Below are positions 9,149 to 18,114 of a DNA stretch of 64,000 nt, in pieces (positions within the stretch are counted from its first letter, which is position 1; every line of letters begins with the position of its first letter). The DNA lies in IMG/VR virus record IMGVR_UViG_3300028048_000115, positions 18,061 to 82,060 of that record; one strand, written 5' to 3'. The notes beneath the pieces were generated by a model. That model ran no database searches. It was not told the origin of the DNA and was given only the letters and a program-made list of their open reading frames with translations. Source of the DNA: a virus. Its lineage: Duplodnaviria; Heunggongvirae; Uroviricota; Caudoviricetes. The translations under genes and the position numbers were made by a program.

Positions 9149-9370
9149 ATGGTTGATGTAGAGAAAACAATAACACTAACTGATGAAGAATTAAAAGAAC
9201 TAAAAGGATTATTGAACGTAGCAATTTCGGATTGTTTAGATGGTTCAATCATTGCACCCTTTGAGGATCTACGAAAAAAAGAAATTAAGCAAGCCAATGA
9301 ATATAAAAAACTTTACAACAAAATTTTTGACGCTGATAAAGTCATTGAACCTATAGACACGGAGGAATAA
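9149..9370 (+). CDS. hypothetical protein
   Basis: ORF track. Confidence 0.3.
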   Translation: MVDVEKTITLTDEELKELKGLLNVAISDCLDGSIIAPFEDLRKKEIKQANEYKKLYNKIFDADKVIEPIDTEE

Positions 9371-9612
9371 TGAATAGACCAGCACCAAAGCCAGGTGAAG
9401 TTTTTAAACACTTCAAAGGAAATCATTATAAAATTTTGGCGATAGGCCACCATTCAGAAACTAAAGAAAAGATGGTCGTATATTTCGACTTATCAGGAAA
9501 GAATAGTACCATTGATGATCCTTGCATAAGGCCTTTGGATATGTTTATGTCAGAGGTAGATCATAACAAATATCCAAATGTTGAACAGATGTACAGATTT
9601 GAAAGGGTTTAA
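9370..9612 (+). CDS. DUF1653-like small protein
   Basis: FKHFKGNHYKIL...HSETKEKMVVY pattern. Confidence 0.45.
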   Translation: MNRPAPKPGEVFKHFKGNHYKILAIGHHSETKEKMVVYFDLSGKNSTIDDPCIRPLDMFMSEVDHNKYPNVEQMYRFERV

Positions 9613-9774
9613 AAGCATTAACCAGGATAAAGAATGAACAAATTTTTAATATTCCTCTTATACGCTATTCTTTCAGTTTGTATTGCCAGTTTGGTTCTAG
9701 GTTTTACGTTCTGTCTAATATCAGTTCATTAGTGAAATTGTAAAAGCGCTCAAGATTGGGTGTTTTTGACAACT

Positions 9775-9900
9775 GCTGAAGACTTATAAATATTTTAGAC
9801 GTTAGTCCTCTCACTCTCCGAGAAGCGAAGACCTATAAATATTTTCAGACCTCTGCATTAGTCCTCTCACTCTCCGAGAAGAGACGAAGCCGAGGTCTTA
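9775..9900. repeat. local direct repeats (agtcctctcactctccgagaag x2; cttataaatatttt-agac x2) in a non-coding stretch
   Basis: read directly; shares a ctccgagag core with the IS right-end sequence. Confidence 0.5.
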
Positions 9901-10009
9901 TATTTTGGATAAAACTTACCTTAACGAAATCCTACGAAAAACTTGAAAAACTTTTAAAATGGTTTATACTTAATATAACAAATGCACTCAACAATTCAGG
10001 AGATTAAAA

Positions 10010-10303
10010 ATGGTTCCAGAATATAACTTTAATGGTGGGTACATATCTGAAGCCCATACAAAGCAGAAAATAGTAATGATGGATGGATCTGTTTTTGAAA
10101 AAGAAAAATTGATTATTACCCAAGAAGCAATAGATAAAAATAGAAAGGAAAAGTTATTAAAACTTATTCAGTCAAAAATGGCAGAAATAACAAGTATTCC
10201 TGTAAAAGATGGTTTTGAAGTCGAGCAAGCTTTTGAAATTATTGGAAAAGCAAAATCACTTGAGGAGCTCTTAAATATGTATATTCACAATGGTCAAAGA
10301 TGA
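10010..10303 (+). CDS. hypothetical protein
   Basis: ORF track. Confidence 0.35.
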   Translation: MVPEYNFNGGYISEAHTKQKIVMMDGSVFEKEKLIITQEAIDKNRKEKLLKLIQSKMAEITSIPVKDGFEVEQAFEIIGKAKSLEELLNMYIHNGQR

Positions 10304-10389
10304 ATAAATGTGATGTACATCACAAAATATAATTGTTTTTTGTATTATAATAATTATGTAAGTTGATTTGAAATAGAGAGGAATAGAAA

Positions 10390-10902
10390 ATGAAATATTT
10401 AGTTACTGACCCTTGCTATCTGTTACACATGCTAGACTCTGAAGAAGAGCGAGACGATCTTTGGAGTTACGTGTGTGACGCTGACTTAATGCAGTATTCC
10501 GAAGAGAAAAATGCTTCAAAGAGAATGTCTGATGTTTTAGGAGTTAATATCCTGAGAATTTCTGATACAGGCTATGGTGATTGGTCAAATAGAATTAGAT
10601 CATTTTCAAAGCACATTAAAATTTTATCACCAGAGTTCTATGCCGATGCTGGTATGATGTGTGTAGTGGAAATCAACGAGAAGTTAGAAAATTACCTAAA
10701 AGACCATTCTATCGGAGCCATCTTCGAGAGTGACGAGCCAATTGCCGTAGATGTAGATTACAGTAATAGAAGTTGGTATGTATTAAAGATTACAGACGTA
10801 AATGGTTGGCATGATTACGCTACTTCTGAAGAGCCAGAAGAAGATGATTGGTTTGAGGAAGAGGAATACGAGGAGAATGAGGAATTTGATGAAGAGGAAT
10901 AA
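10390..10902 (+). CDS. hypothetical protein with an acidic C-terminal tail
   Basis: ORF track; promoter module upstream. Confidence 0.4.
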   Translation: MKYLVTDPCYLLHMLDSEEERDDLWSYVCDADLMQYSEEKNASKRMSDVLGVNILRISDTGYGDWSNRIRSFSKHIKILSPEFYADAGMMCVVEINEKLENYLKDHSIGAIFESDEPIAVDVDYSNRSWYVLKITDVNGWHDYATSEEPEEDDWFEEEEYEENEEFDEEE

Positions 10903-10916
10903 GATTTAATGCAGAA

Positions 10917-10943
10917 AGCACTCAAGATTGAGTGCTTTTTTAT
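10917..10943 (+). terminator. intrinsic terminator AGCACTCAAGATTGAGTGCT plus a T-tract (conserved terminator family)
   Basis: hairpin plus T6; the same stem is reused at 16493, 17185(-), 30548, 38528, 46243, 49780 and 54735. Confidence 0.7.
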
Positions 10944-10944
10944 A

Positions 10945-11100
10945 TTCATTTTTTGGATCCATTTAAAATTTTTGTATTTCCTATATATATAGAATATATA
11001 AATTTTTGTGTTTACACTTAATTTTTTGGATCCATTTAAAATTTTTTTGGATCCATTTAAAATTTTTTTGGATCCATTAAAAAATTATTGTGTCTGTACA
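10945..11100. repeat. array of the TTTTTTGGATCCATTTAAAATTTTT direct repeat (4 copies) plus an AT palindrome tatatatagaatatata
   Basis: read directly. Confidence 0.8.
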
Positions 11101-11123
11101 ATATAATTATTCAGTCTTTTTGA

Positions 11124-11192
11124 AAAGTCTTTATAAATCAATAACTTAGTAAGAGAACTATTTTTGTTAAGTCTTTGATTTATAAAGACTTT
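11124..11192. repeat. structured element: 18-bp perfect inverted repeat AAAGTCTTTATAAATCAA ... TTGATTTATAAAGACTTT around an approximately 33-nt loop
   Basis: read directly; further copies at about 17213-17285, 31365-31440, 38573-38635 and 54833-54900. Confidence 0.75.
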
Positions 11193-11210
11193 TTAAAAAA
11201 GCATTAAAAA

Positions 11211-11226
11211 TGTGATTTACATCACA
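11211..11226. promoter_or_regulatory. CRP-consensus-like palindrome TGTGATTTACATCACA upstream of a promoter
   Basis: perfect TGTGA-N6-TCACA; similar sites at 10309, 22357, 25555, 34381 and 54921. Confidence 0.5.
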
Positions 11227-11311
11227 AAAATAATTAAAAATTGTTAAAAATGTTTTTAAATGATCTATAATATAAATGTAGTGAAAAGTTGATGTATGAA
11301 GGAATGAAACT

Positions 11312-11650
11312 ATGTTAAATGTACAGATTGACGAATCAGACGCTTTAGAAATGCTTGTTAACCGCGTTTCTTTTTGGACTGATGATAAAGATACCATTAG
11401 ACTGTTCCGAAATATGTATTCTGGTTATCTTGATAACGGGGTATTTAATGGTGGGAATTTTGATGTAAAGGCTATTGTGGACAACGATTACACCAATTGG
11501 TGTGAAGTGATTGATGAAACTGATCCAAACTTCAGAACCATTATGGAGGCCGCTCGTAATGACGAATACGATCTAAGTTGCGAAGATGTTGGGTACTCAA
11601 CTATTGAGGCCTATGACGGAGATAAGGGATTAATTTTAGTAAGATATTAG
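11312..11650 (+). CDS. hypothetical protein
   Basis: ORF track. Confidence 0.35.
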   Translation: MLNVQIDESDALEMLVNRVSFWTDDKDTIRLFRNMYSGYLDNGVFNGGNFDVKAIVDNDYTNWCEVIDETDPNFRTIMEAARNDEYDLSCEDVGYSTIEAYDGDKGLILVRY

Positions 11651-11652
11651 TT

Positions 11653-11952
11653 ATGCTGTTATTGCTTATAGGTTGTATAATTGTTGCTTTGATCTTACCT
11701 TTACTTTCCACTGATTATATTTGGTATGACAAAAAGACAGGATTAAAGTACACTTTAACAGATCGAAGTATTACTACCGAGTGGGATTATAAAAGCCCAC
11801 TCACATTATTAAGACTCTTACATTTAGCCCTTCAATGTGAAAGAAACCCAGAGCAACGAAATAAATTTATTAAGCAATATAACAGATTGAAGAAGTCATT
11901 GGAAAATGATGGATATGATGTTTCAGCATTTAAGGATTATGAAATTAAATGA
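11653..11952 (+). CDS. hypothetical membrane protein
   Basis: ORF track; N-terminal hydrophobic segment. Confidence 0.35.
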   Translation: MLLLLIGCIIVALILPLLSTDYIWYDKKTGLKYTLTDRSITTEWDYKSPLTLLRLLHLALQCERNPEQRNKFIKQYNRLKKSLENDGYDVSAFKDYEIK

Positions 11953-12018
11953 TACCTTTATGACTATTATTTCCTCGTATTATTTAATAATTTGTAGCAT
12001 TTTAAAGAGGAGTAAAAA

Positions 12019-12417
12019 ATGAAAGAATTAGTAGAATACACAACCCATAATTTATATGGTTTATTTAAGCCAGAAGAAGTCTGCTTTGTTGTAGATATAG
12101 ATTATGAATATATAAGTGAACTTTCATATATTACAGACGATATGTTGGACGCTGTGGACGAAGCAAAAGAAAATGATTATAAGATTTTTGTCTTCACAAA
12201 AAAGTTCACAAAAGATTGCATGGATACCGAAAGACTTTTCCAGGATATGATAGAAAATCTTGAAGAAGAAGGATTAGATAGAAATTATGTGCTTTATCAC
12301 ATGGAAGAAAACGGTAAGAAAGAATTTGCCGAAATGATTGAGAAGTGGTTCAGAAAGAACATTGACCAAACTTATTGGTTCATGGATAGACTTCTAGGAA
12401 CTCTAAGATTGAATTAA
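12019..12417 (+). CDS. hypothetical protein, paralog A (related to 12653-13075)
   Basis: paralogous to the downstream gene (ELVEYT..NLYGL..DKIF.YTKKF.KDC...LENLEEEGLD). Confidence 0.45.
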   Translation: MKELVEYTTHNLYGLFKPEEVCFVVDIDYEYISELSYITDDMLDAVDEAKENDYKIFVFTKKFTKDCMDTERLFQDMIENLEEEGLDRNYVLYHMEENGKKEFAEMIEKWFRKNIDQTYWFMDRLLGTLRLN

Positions 12418-12434
12418 AATCAAGAGGAAAAAGA

Positions 12435-12665
12435 ATGAATGAAATAACACTAACTCTTAAACTTGATACTGTACAAGGGATCATTTATATGATTGAAAAT
12501 CGTATTGATAACCTTCAATACAAAAAACTTGAAATGTACAGAGGTCAACCAATAGAAAAAAGAATTAATAACTATATTGAAAGATGGAAAAACCGTCTTA
12601 ACGAATTAGAAGCATTTATGCCTAAAGACAATTGTGAACAAGAGGAAAAAGAATGGAAGAATTAG
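12435..12665 (+). CDS. hypothetical protein
   Basis: ORF track. Confidence 0.3.
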   Translation: MNEITLTLKLDTVQGIIYMIENRIDNLQYKKLEMYRGQPIEKRINNYIERWKNRLNELEAFMPKDNCEQEEKEWKN

Positions 12666-13075
12666 TAGAATACACAATGAATAATTTATATGGCCTAGTT
12701 AAACCCTATGGTAAATTTGAAGCAGAAGAGCTTTGTTATGTTGTAGAAGTAGATTATGACTGTATAGATAATGAGCTTTCATATACTACAGACAATTTAA
12801 GCCAAGCGTTATCCAAAGCAAAAGAAAATGATGATAAGATTTTCATCTACACAAAAAAGTTTGCAAAGGACTGTCTAAATACCCATAAGATTTTTGAAGA
12901 TACGTTAGAAAACCTTGAAGAAGAAGGATTGGACATTGGTTTTGTAATAGGTGGTATCGAAGAATATGCTGAGGAAAAATTTACAGAACTAATCAATATA
13001 TGGTTTAAAAAATATGTCGGAAACGATTATTGGTTCCCAGATAGACTTCTAGGAACACTTAAAACAGGAGATTAG
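12653..13075 (+). CDS. hypothetical protein, paralog B of 12019-12417
   Basis: sequence similarity to 12019-12417. Confidence 0.45.
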   Translation: MEELVEYTMNNLYGLVKPYGKFEAEELCYVVEVDYDCIDNELSYTTDNLSQALSKAKENDDKIFIYTKKFAKDCLNTHKIFEDTLENLEEEGLDIGFVIGGIEEYAEEKFTELINIWFKKYVGNDYWFPDRLLGTLKTGD

Positions 13076-13420
13076 ATGATGGGTGATGTGTTAATTATTT
13101 TGATTGCATTTACGGTTTGTATGACTATCATAATTAACTGTTCAAGATAGAGGTTAAATGATGGGTGTTGTAGCAATTATATTTACAACTTAAACAACCA
13201 GAAAGATATGATCCTAAAGGATCATATATGAATGGTTGTACTATAAATAAGAATAATATAGGTATGGGACGTACCAAATTTAAGCATGTGGAGATTGATA
13301 AAAAGATCTCTGAAGCAATTTAGGGATCTAATCAATCAAAGAAGCATGAAGCATCTACCCTTTAGGGTAGATGTAGTTCACATTTATAGTCTTTATGTCT
13401 GTTCAAGATGAGGATTAAAA

Positions 13421-13624
13421 ATGAAAATATCACAGTATATGCAGTATTTAAAAATACTGCAGGACAGGTACGGAGATATTGATGTTAAGACTAAATTCAC
13501 TTTTGAAACTTTAGGTCTCTATGCTTATGAATACAATACTGAATATGAAAATGCAGGAAAACCTAAATATGATAATAAGGACAAAAGCGTAATTATATAT
13601 AAAGAGATGGTAAATCTTGATTAA
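13421..13624 (+). CDS. hypothetical protein
   Basis: ORF track; RBS. Confidence 0.3.
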   Translation: MKISQYMQYLKILQDRYGDIDVKTKFTFETLGLYAYEYNTEYENAGKPKYDNKDKSVIIYKEMVNLD

Positions 13625-13903
13625 GGAATTTTAAAATGTCTATTATGAGTGTTATAGGAATTAAAATATATGATTGAATTATTTACTTTTACAATGATTA
13701 CCGCACTTTACATACAAAAGTATGGAATCCGTAAATACTTATGTTTATGGGTTATCTGTTTTGTATTAGAGATTTTATTTAAATATATTTAAAAGTTTTG
13801 ATTTTAAATAGGTTGGACTAAAGAAAATAGCATAAGCACCCTGTATGTAGAAGTTAGGCTTTAAGCTCATAGTCATACAGGGTAAGATAGGGAAGAATTA
13901 AAA

Positions 13904-14119
13904 ATGGGTGTTTATACAATTTATGAGTTTTATGGTTTTGTACAAAACATAGCTATTAGTGGTGCCATTGTTTCTGGCGTATTTTTATTATTCTCCACTT
14001 TAACTTTACTCAATTATAGTCCGGAAAAATCAGAAATAATTTTCTGCATTGTTAATACATTGATATTTGCTGTTTGCTTATTTTGTGGTGTTTATATGAA
14101 TTATTTACAGGTAAGGTAA
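13904..14119 (+). CDS. small hydrophobic membrane protein
   Basis: ORF track. Confidence 0.3.
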   Translation: MGVYTIYEFYGFVQNIAISGAIVSGVFLLFSTLTLLNYSPEKSEIIFCIVNTLIFAVCLFCGVYMNYLQVR

Positions 14120-14139
14120 CCTTTTGGAGTGTTAGAATA

Positions 14140-14376
14140 ATGAAATTAAAACATATTATTAGATTTCTTGATATGATGAATTTGGATGCTGACGTTTTCG
14201 TTCGTTTCGGAGAAGGATCCAACGATTATTATGTTCCTTTTGAGGATTTAACACTAAGAGATTTTGCAGATGGCATTTTTGGGTTTAAAAAGGAATATAC
14301 ATTAAACCTTAAAAGGGTGGTTACCGATGAGAGTGAAAATCCTAAATTATTTGTAGAACTGAATGAAGACTATTGA
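14140..14376 (+). CDS. hypothetical protein (internal start with RBS ggagtg chosen)
   Basis: ORF track. Confidence 0.3.
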   Translation: MKLKHIIRFLDMMNLDADVFVRFGEGSNDYYVPFEDLTLRDFADGIFGFKKEYTLNLKRVVTDESENPKLFVELNEDY

Positions 14377-14389
14377 TTTTATATAAACT

Positions 14390-14630
14390 CAATGGATAAA
14401 AATATGAGTCTTTAGGCTCATACAGACATTGACATTCCAATAATTATATTATATAATATTTATATAAAAACAAATTTTAAAATTCGGTGAGTCTGTTGTT
14501 CACAACAAATCTCACCAAACTCTTGGGAAGGACCTCTCGGAGTATAAAGCCTTCAAACATTTGTGTTACACACAGTTTGAACTACTTTCTAAATGGAAGC
14601 ATCAACCCTTTAAGGTTGATGTAGGTCACA
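14390..14630 (+). mobile_element. miniature IS200/IS605-type element (left end plus right end of the TnpB IS at 57511-58966, no tnpB); carries a TnpB omega-RNA-like right-end sequence
   Basis: left end caatggataaaaatatgagtctttaggctcat and right end ...ggaagcatcaaccctttaaggttgatgtaggtcaca both match the full element. Confidence 0.7.
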
Positions 14631-14669
14631 TTATAAAAATATTATAATTAAAAGAGAGGGAATAAGACA

Positions 14670-14867
14670 ATGAGAAAGCTTGAGATTAGAGATTATTATA
14701 CAGGCAAAGCTAAGTACGTTAAGTTAAACAGCAAAGCTTGTGACTGTTCAATAGATTACAGAGTCGAGGACGACAAAATAATCATAAGGGACCACTATTC
14801 ACAAAAAATCCTTCAGAGAGTGAAGGCTCCAGAATATTCATTTCAAATGAATATCGTTGATTTTTAA
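14670..14867 (+). CDS. hypothetical protein
   Basis: ORF track. Confidence 0.3.
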   Translation: MRKLEIRDYYTGKAKYVKLNSKACDCSIDYRVEDDKIIIRDHYSQKILQRVKAPEYSFQMNIVDF

Positions 14868-14887
14868 TTTTTAGAGGTGTTAAGAAG

Positions 14888-16051
14888 ATGAGAAATTTAG
14901 CATACGCCGTAACTGTTTCTAAGGTAGAAGACATCAAGGGTAAAGATAAAATTGGTCTTTTACATTTTAAGGAAAATGCCTATACTGTTATTGGATCCAA
15001 AAATATTAAACCAGGTGATGTTGTTTGTTATTTTGAGGTGGATAGTATTCTTCCAGAAATTCCAGTATTTGAATTTTTAAGAAAGCGCTGTTATAATGAA
15101 CGAGTCCATGGTTTTTTAATCGGAAAAATGAAGCTAGGTAAAGTTTACTCATTCGGATTGGTAATGACATCTGAAGAGTTGCAGACAAAGATTGAAGCTG
15201 GAAAGGTTTACGATAAAGTTTTCAATGTTCGTAAGGACGAGGACCGTTATGACGCTTCACCAAAACAGTTTGACGGTACCAAGTTAGTACGTGTTCGTAG
15301 TTTCCCAGTTGATTTAATTCCAAAGAGTGATGAGGACAATTTATTGAATGATCCATCAAAACTTGATGAGATTAAAGGCAAAAAGGTGTACACTTCAATT
15401 AAACTTGAAGGAAAGTCAATGACTGTATTTTTGGATAAAAGGGAAATTCTATCTGACGTTAAGACATACCTCGGTGAAGTCGGAAAAGAGATTAGTAATA
15501 TTTTTAAACCTATTATCCATAGAAATTTTGCACAGGTTCCTAAAAAGATTTCAAAGTGTTTCAAAAATATTAAGGCGCTAAAGAACCCTATCCATTTCGG
15601 AAAAAAACTTGCAGTATTTGGAAGAAATGTGGAAGGTGACAATGAAATGTATAATTTCTGTCAGCGACTTGTACCTTTCTTTGAGAAGCATCCTGACTTA
15701 ATTTTACAGGGTGAGTACACTTCTCCTAAAGTCCAAAAAGGAATTTACAAAGATGGTGAAAATTTCAATATCTATAGAGTTCGTAATGGCCTAAGAGATT
15801 TAAACCCTGATGAATATTGCGAAATGATTAATAATGCAGGAATTAAAGGTTTAAGGACAGTTCAGTACATTGATGTTGACCTTAACAAGTACGACCTCGA
15901 AAGTTTACAGGAATTTGTTGATAATTTAAAATTTAAAGAAGGTAGCTATCTTTTAGATCATAAGGGTAATAAGAACCACGAAGGCATTGTTATTAGAACT
16001 GATGATATGAAAATTCATTTTAAAGTAAAAAGCAGGGAATACAAATTATAA
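14888..16051 (+). CDS. putative ATP-dependent RNA ligase-like nucleotidyltransferase
   Basis: candidate motif I KLEG, motif IV EGIVIR, motif V KVK; N-terminal OB-like segment. Confidence 0.4.
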   Translation: MRNLAYAVTVSKVEDIKGKDKIGLLHFKENAYTVIGSKNIKPGDVVCYFEVDSILPEIPVFEFLRKRCYNERVHGFLIGKMKLGKVYSFGLVMTSEELQTKIEAGKVYDKVFNVRKDEDRYDASPKQFDGTKLVRVRSFPVDLIPKSDEDNLLNDPSKLDEIKGKKVYTSIKLEGKSMTVFLDKREILSDVKTYLGEVGKEISNIFKPIIHRNFAQVPKKISKCFKNIKALKNPIHFGKKLAVFGRNVEGDNEMYNFCQRLVPFFEKHPDLILQGEYTSPKVQKGIYKDGENFNIYRVRNGLRDLNPDEYCEMINNAGIKGLRTVQYIDVDLNKYDLESLQEFVDNLKFKEGSYLLDHKGNKNHEGIVIRTDDMKIHFKVKSREYKL

Positions 16052-16121
16052 TCTAAAAAAAATTTGAAAATTCTTTTAAATTGTATTATAATAATAATGT
16101 AAAAGAGATGATAGAGAGGAT

Positions 16122-16487
16122 ATGACAATGGAAAAGACATTTAAGGGTAATTTTGAAATCACCTTAGTCAAGAAGACCGGAAAGAGAAGAATTCCACACA
16201 CCAGACAGTGGAGAGAAGTTACAACTACTTCAACCTATGTGAAAGGGTTAGATAATGTTAACTTCTTTATGTACAATGATTTTGGTGATCGATGTGTGTC
16301 TTATTCTCTTGATGTTCTTAATGAAAATGAGGTTGAACTGCTTAAATCTAAGATTTCAGGAGATACCTCAAAGTACGACAAAATGAAATACGGTGAAAGA
16401 GAGGCAAGACTCTTTAACGACAGTACATTATTCGTAGAACTTGCTAAGGCATATACTGAATGGTACGGGGTTGAAGTTAGGGATTAA
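16122..16487 (+). CDS. hypothetical protein
   Basis: ORF track; promoter module upstream. Confidence 0.35.
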   Translation: MTMEKTFKGNFEITLVKKTGKRRIPHTRQWREVTTTSTYVKGLDNVNFFMYNDFGDRCVSYSLDVLNENEVELLKSKISGDTSKYDKMKYGEREARLFNDSTLFVELAKAYTEWYGVEVRD

Positions 16488-16524
16488 GAAAAAAGCACTC
16501 ATTTTTGAGTGCTTTTTTATTTCA

Positions 16525-16690
16525 TTTTAAATTTTTTGGATCCATTTAAATTTTTTGGATCCATTTAAAAATTTTGTGTTTACACAATGCTTTTAAATTT
16601 CTATATATTGAATATATAAATTTTTTTGTGTTTACACTTAAATTTTTTGGATCCATTTAAAATTTTTGTGTTTTCACAATATCTAACATT
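16525..16690. repeat. array of the GGATCCATTTAAAA repeat (3 copies) plus an AT palindrome and tgtgtttacac motifs
   Basis: read directly. Confidence 0.75.
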
Positions 16691-16736
16691 TCCAAACCAA
16701 TTAATAAAATTTATGATAGATTAAAAGGAGAATAAA

Positions 16737-16991
16737 ATGAATTTTGGTGAAGCATTAAATGCAGTTAAGAATGGTAAAAAGGCTAAGCGTTCAGGTTGGA
16801 ATGGTAAAGACCAATTCATTGAACTTGCTACTAATGTATCTTTTGTTAGACCAAACGGTGAAGTTGTAAATGTAAATCATAAAGATATGGGCAACAAAGC
16901 TATTGCATTCCACGGCACAAGTGGTATCCAGTTAGGCTGGTTAGCATCCCAATCTGATATGTTATCTGAAGACTGGATAATTCTTGAATAG
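16737..16991 (+). CDS. DUF2829-family small protein (Tad2-like candidate anti-Thoeris sponge)
   Basis: MNFGEALNAVKNGKKAKRSGWNGK...WLASQSDMLSEDW pattern typical of DUF2829. Confidence 0.45.
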   Translation: MNFGEALNAVKNGKKAKRSGWNGKDQFIELATNVSFVRPNGEVVNVNHKDMGNKAIAFHGTSGIQLGWLASQSDMLSEDWIILE

Positions 16992-17329
16992 GAATTAAAT
17001 AATGCGAACAACAAGAATTTATGATGCGGTTTCACGTTCAATTTATAAAGATAAAATATTTAGATATCCGAATTCACGGTCAGATGCGTTAGTTATTTTT
17101 TATAAAACATTATTTAATACATTGGTTAATCCACAGAAGTCAATAGACCTTAAAATGTATCTGAAGTCTTGATTAAAGCCAATAAAAAAGCACTCAAAAA
17201 TGAGTGCTTAAATAAAAAGTCTTTACAAATCAAAGACTTAACTAAAATAGATCTTTAACTAAGTTATTGATTTATAAAGACTTTTAAAAAACGTTAAAAA
17301 ATACTGAATAATTATTGTGTAAACACAAA

Positions 17330-17425
17330 AATTTTAAATGGATCCAAAAAAAAATTTATATATATTCTATATAGATACATTGTGAAAACACAAAAATTTT
17401 AAATGGATCCAAAAAATTTTAAACA
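17330..17425. repeat. GGATCCATTTAAAA repeat copies in reverse orientation plus an AT palindrome
   Basis: read directly. Confidence 0.7.
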
Positions 17426-17599
17426 CCCAGGAAATTTCATTCTTCCTCGTCGCCCTTTCCGAAATGCTTAAAAAATATAAACAAACTTTCGTCAATCATT
17501 TTTAATCCTTCAAAAGAGGGAAAAACTTTTTGTGGGAGTTTGCGGGATATTCAGAATTTTGTTGTAATTCTGAAAGCTGCTTTAAATTTTCTAATGAAA

Positions 17600-18079
17600 T
17601 CATTTTAAAAACTGTTTTAAAATATAAGATTTTTCTTTAACCCAGAATGAAGCAATATCATCAATTTTTGAAATCAAAGCGTCATTAAAAATGCAAGCTC
17701 TCAACATTTCGAGCGCTTGAAGAATATTTGAAATAACGGTTCTCATACCTTCAAAAATAGATTTTTCAGTTCTTAAATAAGCGTTTGAAATTCCTTCCAT
17801 TCTTGAAGAATTTAAGTTAATAATTTCGCCAGTACTGTACATACCAACCAATTCTAGGATATAATCCAAATCTTCATTTGCTTGTTTATAATATTTATCA
17901 AGCATTTCGTGGGAAGTTTTGAAAGACAAACCCCAAGAATTGACGTGTAAATATAACAAATCATTGCGACATTTTGAAACAATGCTTATGACATTTCCAA
18001 GCTGAGTTAAATCAACATCTGAAAGGTCATAACCCTCGTTAAGCTTTTTAAATTTCATTTTAAAAACCCTTATTGACAT
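17600..18079 (-). CDS. Dps/ferritin-like protein (putative)
   Basis: four-helix pattern L...LHVNSWGLSFKTSHEMLDKYY...DLDYILE resembles Dps. Confidence 0.4.
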   Translation of the reverse strand: MSIRVFKMKFKKLNEGYDLSDVDLTQLGNVISIVSKCRNDLLYLHVNSWGLSFKTSHEMLDKYYKQANEDLDYILELVGMYSTGEIINLNSSRMEGISNAYLRTEKSIFEGMRTVISNILQALEMLRACIFNDALISKIDDIASFWVKEKSYILKQFLK

Positions 18080-18114
18080 TTTATATACATTTATTTATAA
18101 TTTATAAAAGAAAA

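Noticed and set aside
8690-9297. Minus-strand ORFs 8690-8983, 8838-9110 and 9070-9297
   Set aside because: They overlap + strand genes and the tandem repeat, with no RBS. They are probably non-coding antisense frames.
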